Part shown: positions 9,374 to 17,780 of the stretch, piece after piece
How positions within the stretch are numbered: position 1 is the first letter of the stretch
Layout of the letters: every line of letters starts with the position of its first letter
Source of the DNA: Promethearchaeota archaeon
GTDB lineage: Archaea > Asgardarchaeota > Lokiarchaeia > Sigyniarchaeales > SOKP01
Reading direction: 5' to 3'
DNA length: 32,000 nt
Assembly (NCBI GenBank): GCA_030606485.1
Contig: JAUWGH010000006.1
Span: 180,001 to 212,000 of the forward strand
Position numbers and translations under genes: made by a program
The notes under the pieces: model-generated
What the model saw: the letters and a program-made list of their open reading frames with translations, nothing else
What the model was told of the DNA's origin: nothing
The model's database searches: none

Positions 9374-9643
9374 ATTTTCAGGTCTAATAGATTTAGTGTT
9401 TCTTAATATATTCTATTTTATTATATACAAGTCATTGTATAAATTTTTTATTACTTCAAAAAAAATTAAGAAAGGTAAATAATGGAATTTTTCAAAATTT
9501 CTTGCTACATAGATAATTCAATGACTTTAATCTCCTATTTAATTCCATTAAAATAGTGTTAGGAATTATCTAATGTTTTTTTTTCCTTCTTAATTAATAT
9601 TATAAAAATAAGTTTAAAAAAGAACATTTATTCATATTTAATC

Positions 9644-10060
9644 ATGCCTAGCCTATTAGATACAATATTGGATATTTTTGAAGTAAAAAATGTAGAGAAA
9701 ATTGATCGAGAAGAATTAATCGAGAACCTAAGTTATGCAGGCGATGTAATCCAAGAATATCTGGAAGAAAGTATCCAAAAAGATAAATCCCTTAAACTCT
9801 CCGATGATATTTTATATTACGTGAATGGTAATGTATGGGAAGAAAATAATAAACTCTATTTGGAACTCGATCTTAGTAGGGAAGATACTTCCACCGAGGA
9901 TGAAGATGAAGCATCTAAAACAGTTTTCGCTTCCGGAACTCCAATAGAGATCTGTAAAATTTCATCAGATATGAAAAATGCAGAGATCATCCAAAAAGTC
10001 CAGGAAAAAATTAATGAATTTCAAGAAAAATTTCTAAAACTTGTTAAAGCCACAAAATAG
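9644..10060 (+). CDS. Acidic hypothetical protein
   Basis: 138-aa ORF with coding-like composition, followed by a T10 tract (10074-10083). Confidence 0.7.
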   Translation: MPSLLDTILDIFEVKNVEKIDREELIENLSYAGDVIQEYLEESIQKDKSLKLSDDILYYVNGNVWEENNKLYLELDLSREDTSTEDEDEASKTVFASGTPIEICKISSDMKNAEIIQKVQEKINEFQEKFLKLVKATK

Positions 10061-10136
10061 TTATTTTTCATTATTTTTTTTTTATTTTCAAAAAAAATAA
10101 TTATAAATTGAAACCTAAAGAATAAGTCTTATTTTA

Positions 10137-10334
10137 TCAATCCCCAGATACTTTCACTGATGATTTATTTTTAATTTTTTCAACATTTGTATAAAAATCC
10201 CTAACCTCACTTAACTCCATTGTCACAATCGTATGTCTTGCGTGGTCCTTCTCAAACTTTTTTACTATCTGCGAACTTATGAAGTTATCTGGATGAATTA
10301 GTACGTACTGTTTACACTTTAAACAAGCACGCAC
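10137..10334 (-). CDS. Small putative Zn-binding protein (CxxC...HxxH)
   Basis: RACLKCKQ...DHARH; GTG start, could extend two codons upstream. Confidence 0.65.
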   Translation of the reverse strand: MRACLKCKQYVLIHPDNFISSQIVKKFEKDHARHTIVTMELSEVRDFYTNVEKIKNKSSVKVSGD

Positions 10335-10527
10335 TCGAATTTTAATTACCTCGACAAAATCTTAATAACTTCCTTATTACATATCATAAATTAAAAAGAA
10401 ATAAATAAATGTTTTGCATCTTAATAATTTGAAACACTAACACGAACAAGTAATTTAAATTAAATTTTGAGTTATAATTTTTAATAAGAGAATAGAAGAA
10501 TATTAAGATTTTTAAAAAAAATTACTA

Positions 10528-11586
10528 TCAATTCCTTAGAGAAAAAGTAAAGTTATGTGTTAGGTCTTCATATTTCCTACCCATTACAATATTAAATTTT
10601 CCGGTATTCATATTATAAACTGCAGACCATTGTGTTGAATAGGAAGGATTGGTTTGAGAAACATCTTCCAATAAGTTCATTGCCTCCGTCTGGGAAAGTT
10701 CTCCGTTATTATTACTTAAAACATCTTGAGCTATTGTATATCTTGAACATAAAGCCCTCTCTTGTTCGTTACTACCATATATGACAAAATTTGTTGAAAC
10801 TTGCCATGTATTATCATTTTTAAGAACTTGCATCTCACCACCAACCCATTCAATTACAGCAGAATTGCCTTCAGGATCCGCAATTAAATAATGAAGAGGT
10901 GGTCCGGGTGGAAAATATACATTATAATTTTCCCATAAATTAATAACTTCTTCAATTGTTTTTGCATAATCCAAAGCTAGCCTCATAATGGAACAACTAT
11001 TAAGCGTAGTTTTATTAGGATCTATTGGGTTGTCTGCTTGAGGAACAGCCATACATGCTACAGTTAATCCGAACTCATTCATTCCATCTAATGTATAATA
11101 AGGGGATGTCAAAAGATTTCTTTGGGATTCAATAGACATCTGTGAAACTTGTTCATCATTAGAAAATCCAAGCATTCCCATATCTACCATAGTAACTGAT
11201 GCATATCCATGAGGAGAGTCAGTAAATAATAAAAGTTTTGGACTATATGTCCAATCAAAATTTCTACCAAAAAGCATATCACTCACATTATTCAATACCG
11301 CAAAACATGTGCAAGCCCAATCCCTATTCTTATCAATATTTTGAGCATGAACATTCATACCACTCTCTAAATATTGTTCAAATCCATAATCTCCGTAATA
11401 TGTCATAACATAAAGAGGATGATCATCAATTTTTTCTAAGCTTGATAAGGTTTTTTGGTCATTTTCAGAGAGTAAACTCTGATCTGAGATAATAATAACA
11501 GTTATTGAAGCGATGACAACTAACCCAACAATCAAAAAAACAATGAAATATTTTTTAAAACTAAATTTTTTGATCTCTTCTTCCAA
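10528..11586 (-). CDS. Membrane-anchored Ntn-fold linear amide C-N hydrolase (choloylglycine hydrolase / NAAA / acid-ceramidase superfamily)
   Basis: N-terminal TM (YFIVFLIVGLVVIASITVIII); internal nucleophile motif WA|CTCF; LFGRNFDW, DGMNEFGL, HYLIAD, TNF, TQWSAVY. Confidence 0.85.
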   Translation of the reverse strand: MEEEIKKFSFKKYFIVFLIVGLVVIASITVIIISDQSLLSENDQKTLSSLEKIDDHPLYVMTYYGDYGFEQYLESGMNVHAQNIDKNRDWACTCFAVLNNVSDMLFGRNFDWTYSPKLLLFTDSPHGYASVTMVDMGMLGFSNDEQVSQMSIESQRNLLTSPYYTLDGMNEFGLTVACMAVPQADNPIDPNKTTLNSCSIMRLALDYAKTIEEVINLWENYNVYFPPGPPLHYLIADPEGNSAVIEWVGGEMQVLKNDNTWQVSTNFVIYGSNEQERALCSRYTIAQDVLSNNNGELSQTEAMNLLEDVSQTNPSYSTQWSAVYNMNTGKFNIVMGRKYEDLTHNFTFSLRN

Positions 11587-11669
11587 ATTTAAATCTACTA
11601 TTCCAAATTATTTGAATTTAATAGTACATCTTCCATAATTTCATTAAATTTAATTTATTGAACATTGAA

Positions 11670-13721
11670 TTATATACTTTTTGATTTAATTACACGAGAA
11701 CTCAACAGATCAATAATTGATTTATAAATTTCAATCTTTTCATCTTTGCTTAGTCGTAATTTTTCAAAAAACACATCATCTAATTTTTTTTTCAAGGTTT
11801 TAATTTTTTCTAATAAAACTTCCTTTGGATGTTTCGTTCCAATCTCATTATATATAGAATCTATGGGTTTAATACATAATTTTTTAAATAAATTCTCCAC
11901 TTTTTTATAATCTTCATCCGGGAATTTATCTGGATTAAACACTAATAACTTCTCTGCTAAAAATTCGCTTAATTCTGCTACTGTCACAGAGCCCGTAAGT
12001 TCATATCCAGCGAGCTCATAAAAAAGCCGCCCAAGTGTTGAATTTAGAAATGCCAATGCAATAATCAGCGAACGCTTAGATTCCAATTTAATTTCATATA
12101 ATGTCTGATCACAATAAACCCCCTTATTATTCAAATAAACATAGAATTTCTCCCCCATTCGTTTAGGAAACAAAATTTTGTAGGGCTCTCGAACCCCCAA
12201 ATCAAACCAACGCTTTCTATTCTTCATTGTTCTACGGTTGTGGAAACCTTGAGACTCACCCCATTTTATATAATTCAAGATTCCCTTCTTTAAATTTTGC
12301 TTATTATCGTGAATTATAAGGACAACTTGATTTAACGACTCCGGTTTAATTTTAACAAAATCACTTTCTCTTGGACTTTTAATTAAATAATTTGGAACCC
12401 AATCATTTGACTTCTTATGCATCCAATACTCCTTTTCTATACTAAATCTCAACTGATTTGACTTTGAATCATACAATAATAAATCCATTGTGTTAGGGTC
12501 TTTCTCAGTGTAAAAATTCTTGTTCTTATTACCTGGCGCCGGAATATAGAAAAATTGATTGGCTCCAGTTGTAAAACCCCGCCGAAATGTGCCGATTTCT
12601 TTTAACGGAACCCAAAGATCTTTTCCCTTTTCTAATAAAGCAAAATAAATATCAGGTGCTCGTAGAAATATATCCCACCTTGAACCAACATATTTACTTA
12701 CTTTTTTATCATAACCATGATTCCAGAGATCTTGCTGTGTAATTGGGAAAATTCTAATATTATGTTCCATATCAACCATATAATTATCCAAATCATTGAT
12801 ATAATTCCAAAATGCATCATTCATTTGCCAACGCTCATTTTCATCCAAATCTTCACGCTTTGTAGTATTTGTAAATTTATCTAAAATATTTACTAATTTG
12901 TCCCGCAACTGTATAAATCTCACAACATTATTCAAACGCTCCGATTCATTGGAACACTTCTCCAATATGATAATTATCGTATCAACTTCTGCAAACTCAA
13001 AAAATCGCTCCACCTTCGAGCCAACAATTGCCTTTATTTTGAAATTTTTTAATAAAAATTCCTGCAATTGCGTCCCATAACCAACACTGAGCCATAAATT
13101 AGGCGTAATATAACCCATAACACCATTATCTTTTAAGAAAATGCTGCTATGATAAATAAAATAAGCATAAAGACTGGTTCGCTTACTCAATGAAATAGTA
13201 TGATTTAATTCCTCCTCAATTTGTTTGATTAATTTTTCTTTATATTTTTTACCCATTGAATGATTTATTCGCTCTTGACGCGTAAAAGGTGGATTTGCTA
13301 CAATAATATCAAATTTAGGCATTCCAATTTTTTTATCAAAATGCGCTAAGTCTTTTAAATGGCAAAAAGATTCCTTTTTTAATAGGAGACTTGGCTTAAT
13401 TTTAAAAAAATCCGCTTTTAAGATATTTCTAAAATAATTTTTATTGTCTAATAATTTAAAAGAAGGAGATATATCAATACCCCAAATGTTATCCAAAATT
13501 TCTTTTTGATTATTTTTACTATTATTAATATAAATTAACCGAGAATATGCCCTCTGTAAAAAAATTCCATGTCCACATCCTGGGTCTAAAACATTTTGCC
13601 TTTTATTAGTTACAGTTACACTTAAAATCAAATCAACTATATCAGAACTTGTGTAAAATTGTCCAAGAGGATTATTTTTCATACAATTTCTAAAAGGTGT
13701 TTTAATTCCTACGAATTTCAA
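11670..13721 (-). CDS. Stand-alone N6-adenine DNA methyltransferase (gamma class, Eco57I/TaqI-like) with C-terminal target-recognition region
   Basis: LGQFYT, motif I VLDPGCGHGIFL, motif IV DIIVANPPF, LYAYF, GVMGYITPNLWL. No room for an N-terminal nuclease domain. True start may be the ATG at 13682. Confidence 0.9.
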   Translation of the reverse strand: MKFVGIKTPFRNCMKNNPLGQFYTSSDIVDLILSVTVTNKRQNVLDPGCGHGIFLQRAYSRLIYINNSKNNQKEILDNIWGIDISPSFKLLDNKNYFRNILKADFFKIKPSLLLKKESFCHLKDLAHFDKKIGMPKFDIIVANPPFTRQERINHSMGKKYKEKLIKQIEEELNHTISLSKRTSLYAYFIYHSSIFLKDNGVMGYITPNLWLSVGYGTQLQEFLLKNFKIKAIVGSKVERFFEFAEVDTIIIILEKCSNESERLNNVVRFIQLRDKLVNILDKFTNTTKREDLDENERWQMNDAFWNYINDLDNYMVDMEHNIRIFPITQQDLWNHGYDKKVSKYVGSRWDIFLRAPDIYFALLEKGKDLWVPLKEIGTFRRGFTTGANQFFYIPAPGNKNKNFYTEKDPNTMDLLLYDSKSNQLRFSIEKEYWMHKKSNDWVPNYLIKSPRESDFVKIKPESLNQVVLIIHDNKQNLKKGILNYIKWGESQGFHNRRTMKNRKRWFDLGVREPYKILFPKRMGEKFYVYLNNKGVYCDQTLYEIKLESKRSLIIALAFLNSTLGRLFYELAGYELTGSVTVAELSEFLAEKLLVFNPDKFPDEDYKKVENLFKKLCIKPIDSIYNEIGTKHPKEVLLEKIKTLKKKLDDVFFEKLRLSKDEKIEIYKSIIDLLSSRVIKSKSI

Positions 13722-13818
13722 ATAAATTTATAAAAATATAATATTCCAATAAAAACTAAAGAATAATTACGTAAAAAGATTTAAATTTTTAAACTTAAAT
13801 ATCTAAATTAAATCAATA

Positions 13819-14583
13819 ATGGGGCGCTATTATTTGGAAAATCATGTCCAATACAAAGGCAAAAAGTATAAATTAACAAAAGGACTTGCTTTAAATCTAA
13901 ACAATAAAGAAATTAATGAAATTACAGAGATTAAAGGACTTGAAAATCTTACAAATTTGCAAAGATTAAATCTTAGAAGCAATAATATTACAGAGATTAA
14001 AGGCCTTGAGAATCTTAAAAATTTAGTCCATTTAGATTTATGCTTTAATCAAATTTCTGAAATTAAAGGTCTTGAAAATCTTAATAAATTAATATTGCTA
14101 AATCTTGAGAATAATCAAATTTCTGAAATTAAAGGACTTGAAAACCTTACTCATTTAAATTATCTATATCTTAATGGAAATAATATTTCTTTAGAAACAT
14201 TTGATTATATTGGGGAAGGCTTTAGTATATTTGAATATGTGAAAAATCCTTATAATTATGTGGAATATTGTCGTAAATTAAAGGAACAAAAAGTTATGGA
14301 AAAGAAATTTGATATAAGTATAGAATTTCAAGCAAGAAATTACGCACTGAATATAATTAATACATTACTTAACAAGGAAAATCCAACTAAAAAAGATATC
14401 AAATATTTTGGAAAAACGGTTGAAATTATGCTTAAAAATTTGGAACAAGATGTTCGAATCTTATGTATGAAATTCATTGATGACGTCATTCAAAATAGTG
14501 ATATAAAAACCTTTCCAAGATTAAAAAAATATTTAAAAGTAGGGTTAAAAACAGTGTGGAGCGCACTAAATCTGATGTTTTAA
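13819..14583 (+). CDS. SDS22-like leucine-rich repeat protein with an unrecognised C-terminal helical domain
   Basis: 22-aa repeats I(T/S)EIKGLENL-x2-L-x2-L-x-L-x2-N; cap ending YVEYCRK; about 95 aa C-terminal extension. Confidence 0.9.
   Translation: MGRYYLENHVQYKGKKYKLTKGLALNLNNKEINEITEIKGLENLTNLQRLNLRSNNITEIKGLENLKNLVHLDLCFNQISEIKGLENLNKLILLNLENNQISEIKGLENLTHLNYLYLNGNNISLETFDYIGEGFSIFEYVKNPYNYVEYCRKLKEQKVMEKKFDISIEFQARNYALNIINTLLNKENPTKKDIKYFGKTVEIMLKNLEQDVRILCMKFIDDVIQNSDIKTFPRLKKYLKVGLKTVWSALNLMF
13921..14148 (+). repeat. Intragenic 66-bp period repeat (LRR units) x4
   Basis: ATT(A/T)C(A/T)GA(G/A)ATTAAAGGNCTTGA(A/G)AA(T/C)CTT starting at 13921, 13987, 14053, 14119. Confidence 0.9.
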
Positions 14584-14667
14584 TATTGTTATATGTCTTA
14601 AAAATCAAAAAAAATAAAATAAAAAGAATCTTTTCTTAAACAAATTTTCTTAACGATTTTCAATAGT

Positions 14668-14695
14668 AAATAGATCCATTTAAATAGATCTGTTT
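14668..14695. promoter_or_regulatory. Two tandem 14-bp imperfect palindromes overlapping a TATA box; probable VapBC autoregulatory operator
   Basis: AAATAGATCCATTT (14668-14681) and AAATAGATCTGTTT (14682-14695), each with 6 of 7 pairs complementary; TTTAAATA at 14679-14686, 22 nt before the vapB ATG. Confidence 0.65.
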
Positions 14696-14708
14696 ATTTT
14701 AAATAATT

Positions 14709-14936
14709 ATGACACAAAAAACCATCTCGTTATCAGAGCGAGCTTATAAAATATTAAAAAGAGAAAAAAAAGATAAGGAATCTTTCTCAAAAGTAATTGA
14801 AAGATTAATTTCTAAGGCAGAGAATCCTTGGTTAGTTCTTGAAAAACAATTTGATCCAGAAGTGTGGGATGGATTATTGGAAAAAATAAGAGATATGCGA
14901 GAAAAAAATTTAACAGGTTTCGAAAATAATGATTAA
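14709..14936 (+). CDS. vapB: Archaeal VapB-type antitoxin (DUF217-like)
   Basis: MTQKTISLSERAYKILKREKKDKESFSKVIERL pattern; overlaps the PIN gene start. Confidence 0.85.
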   Translation: MTQKTISLSERAYKILKREKKDKESFSKVIERLISKAENPWLVLEKQFDPEVWDGLLEKIRDMREKNLTGFENND

Positions 14937-15357
14937 ATTGCTAGATACAGATGTTGTAATCAATTTTTTGAGAGGTTTCAATCCAAAAATAACTAAGAAA
15001 ATTAAAGATTTAATAGCTCAAGGAATAGATTTAACAATCACACAAATAACTGTAAGTGAACTTTGGTATGGCGTTTATCGTTTAAAATCAAAACAAAAAC
15101 GAATATCAGAAGCAAAGAAATTAAATAATCTTATTATTAATCTTCCCGAAATTTTAACATTAGATTCTAATTCAAGTCGAATATTCGGCGAAATTTGCGC
15201 AGAATTAGATAAAAGTGGTTTGCGCGTTCCACAATTTGATCTTCAAAATGCTTCTATAGCAATAGCAAATAAAATACGTTTTATAACACATGATAAAAAA
15301 CATTTTCCCCGAATTAATGAATTTTCTGAGTTTGATTTTCTTGAATTATGGGCATAA
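14929..15357 (+). CDS. vapC: VapC PIN-domain toxin
   Basis: LLDTDVVI, SELWYG, FDLQNASIA, ITHDKKHF: the four acidic PIN positions are present. Confidence 0.92.
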   Translation: MIKLLDTDVVINFLRGFNPKITKKIKDLIAQGIDLTITQITVSELWYGVYRLKSKQKRISEAKKLNNLIINLPEILTLDSNSSRIFGEICAELDKSGLRVPQFDLQNASIAIANKIRFITHDKKHFPRINEFSEFDFLELWA

Positions 15358-15491
15358 TACCCATCCGCTCTTTTATTTGTGGAAGAATCTTATCTAAAAA
15401 TACATATATATAAGGAATTCCTTGATTTATTAACACCAATGTATTATATATCAGCAATTCAAGCCGCTTGGTCGGATAAATATCTAATTCT

Positions 15492-16202
15492 TTATTCATT
15501 AAGACAAAAATACATTCTTCTATTATTTTTTCCTTTATTATCAGTCTTTAATAATTCAATCTTACCGATTTCTTTCAAATGTTTTACATGAGTCCCAGCG
15601 TCTGCCTGCTCGTCAACATCTCCTATTTTTACTATGCGTATTTCTTTAACATCTTCAGGCAATCCTTTGGCAAGATGTGTTAACTCAGCTTTTTGCAATG
15701 CTTCTTCCCTAGAAATGTAATAAGAAGAAACGGGTAAATCCTTCTCTATTATTTGATTTGCCTCATCAATAGTAGCACGCATCTTTTCAATTGAGTAATC
15801 CTTCATTGAAAAATCCATTCTAGATCTATTAACACCCAACTGATTACCGGTAATTTTAGCATGAAAATTCTTATAAATAATTGCACTTAAAAGGTGAGCC
15901 GCAGTATGATGGCGCATTAAAGTATAGCGTCTTTCCCAATCAAGTTCGCAAGAAACCTCATCACCCTCATTCAAACCAACTTTATTAACCTCAAGACTTA
16001 TTTTACCCGAGAACTTACCAGCATAAACAACTCTGAATTTTTCACCATTTTTAACGATGTACCCTTCATCCCATGGCTGACCGCCACTATTAGGATAAAA
16101 AACCGTTTTATCAAGGACTATAAATTTTCCATCTTTAACACTAACAACTTTAGCAGTCCAAGATTTCAAATAAGAATCATTCAAATATAGCGATTCTATC
16201 AT
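15492..16202 (-). CDS. alaX: AlaX-M trans-editing protein (alanyl-tRNA editing)
   Basis: LYLNDSY, LDKTVFYPNSGGQPWDEG, MRHHTAAHLL, QADAGTHV; 236 aa matches the medium class. Confidence 0.92.
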   Translation of the reverse strand: MIESLYLNDSYLKSWTAKVVSVKDGKFIVLDKTVFYPNSGGQPWDEGYIVKNGEKFRVVYAGKFSGKISLEVNKVGLNEGDEVSCELDWERRYTLMRHHTAAHLLSAIIYKNFHAKITGNQLGVNRSRMDFSMKDYSIEKMRATIDEANQIIEKDLPVSSYYISREEALQKAELTHLAKGLPEDVKEIRIVKIGDVDEQADAGTHVKHLKEIGKIELLKTDNKGKNNRRMYFCLNE

Positions 16203-16273
16203 AAAGAAAAAAGAAAGAATCTAAGTTCAAAAACTTTTCTTCTCTTTCAAATATTTTTATCTTATTATTATTA

Positions 16274-17626
16274 TTATGAGTTTTTATTTTGTATTATCTT
16301 AAGGATTTCTACATCTGTTGATGCCATAGAATGGGAGATTTGACCGATTGCTTTAATTGTATCTTCTGCATTTTCAAAAATGATACCATTATCAGGAGAT
16401 ACTTTCATTCCATTCAGAGCCATGAGAGCACATTCAGTTGCAGTACCAGCAGCCGTGGATAATTTAAGGGCACAACTTTCTTTTGCTCCATCACATATAA
16501 ACCCTGTATTATTTGCAGCCATTAAATTGACTGCTGCATGAATCTGTTCAAGAGAACCACCAAGTAAATAGGTAATGCCTGCTGCAGCACCGATCCCTGC
16601 TTTAATTGCACAACCACAGAGAGCAGATAAATGACCACAGGATATATCAGCTAATTTAGTAATAAAATGTGAGAATAGTATTGCTTCACAAATTTTATCT
16701 TTATCAATATTTTTCATTTCGCCCACAACGGTGATCGGGATGATTACCATAATACCCAGATTCCCTGACCCCGAAGTTGTCATTACAGGCATATTTGCAC
16801 CCCCCATCCGAGCATCTCCCGCCGACCCAACTTTGATTTGCACTTTAGTGATTAAATTATTCTCGAATCCATCCTGCTGGGCAATTTCTTGTAAAGATCT
16901 ACCAACTCTTAGCCCATAATTACCCTTTATGCCTTCTTCGGCAACTTTTTTATTCATTATTATACCTTTATAGACTTCTTCTATTTCTTCAGAAGTTATG
17001 GATCGAGCGACCTTGAAGAGTTCTTCGATTTTATTGGGAAATTTCTCCTCATCTTCTACTTCTTTTTTCCAAGAACCTTCAAATAAAATTACACCATCAA
17101 CTCTAATTTCAGTTACATTATCGTGATCTTTTTGTACCCTTACATAAGCGGTTTTATTTTTATTATTAACTTGATATTCTAAGGTTACTTGAATATCAAG
17201 ATTAGGTTTATCACTCCATTTATCGATTTTTTTTATAATGATTTTATTGTTTTTTAGGATTTGCTTAGCTTTTTGAATTGATACTGACGTAATTCCTTCA
17301 AAAAGGTTTAATTTTTTTCTGGGATCACTAAATAATCCCATTGCTGATGCGATTGCCATTCCCTTTTGACCATTAGTCCCCGGAATTACATTTGAATAAG
17401 CATTTTTATACACGTTTAGGTCAGTTTTTATGGAGATTTGTTTGATTTTATCAATTTCAATCTCTGAAGGGAGATTTTTAAAAAAAAAGTTGTCATTCTC
17501 ATCAACCATTATTATATCGTTAAAAATCGCATGATAGGCTAAAGAAGTAGCATATCCAACAGCAATCGGTTCTGTACATCCCGTTGCAGGTTTTACATAC
17601 TTCGTTAAAAAACTCATTACATCCAT
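16274..17626 (-). CDS. cyuA: L-cysteine desulfidase (YhaM/CyuA/CdsB family; Fe-S serine dehydratase alpha-like)
   Basis: PATGCTEPIAV, GDARMGGANMPVMTTSGSGNLG, HLSALCGCAIKAG, GFICDGAKESCALK. Confidence 0.85.
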   Translation of the reverse strand: MDVMSFLTKYVKPATGCTEPIAVGYATSLAYHAIFNDIIMVDENDNFFFKNLPSEIEIDKIKQISIKTDLNVYKNAYSNVIPGTNGQKGMAIASAMGLFSDPRKKLNLFEGITSVSIQKAKQILKNNKIIIKKIDKWSDKPNLDIQVTLEYQVNNKNKTAYVRVQKDHDNVTEIRVDGVILFEGSWKKEVEDEEKFPNKIEELFKVARSITSEEIEEVYKGIIMNKKVAEEGIKGNYGLRVGRSLQEIAQQDGFENNLITKVQIKVGSAGDARMGGANMPVMTTSGSGNLGIMVIIPITVVGEMKNIDKDKICEAILFSHFITKLADISCGHLSALCGCAIKAGIGAAAGITYLLGGSLEQIHAAVNLMAANNTGFICDGAKESCALKLSTAAGTATECALMALNGMKVSPDNGIIFENAEDTIKAIGQISHSMASTDVEILKIIQNKNS

Positions 17627-17780
17627 AAAATCTTTTTCACCTTTTTAATAAAAGAAATAAAGAAAAATAAACAAATTTATCGTATCTTAATTTCAATGAT
17701 TATTTTAATTGTTCATTATTTTTTTAACTTAATATGAAATTTGAAGAGTATTTTTATGAAAAGAATCTTTTCGAATAGAA

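Noticed and set aside
13921-14148. Regularly spaced repeats resembling a CRISPR array
   Set aside because: The 66-nt period is in frame within an LRR gene, the repeats are degenerate at third positions, and no cas genes are present.
15314-15499. 61-aa minus-strand ORF coupled to the AlaX stop; faint resemblance to a DUF86/HepT C-terminus
   Set aside because: It overlaps the convergent vapC end, and the resemblance needs frameshifts and wrong spacing. Not supportable without a search.
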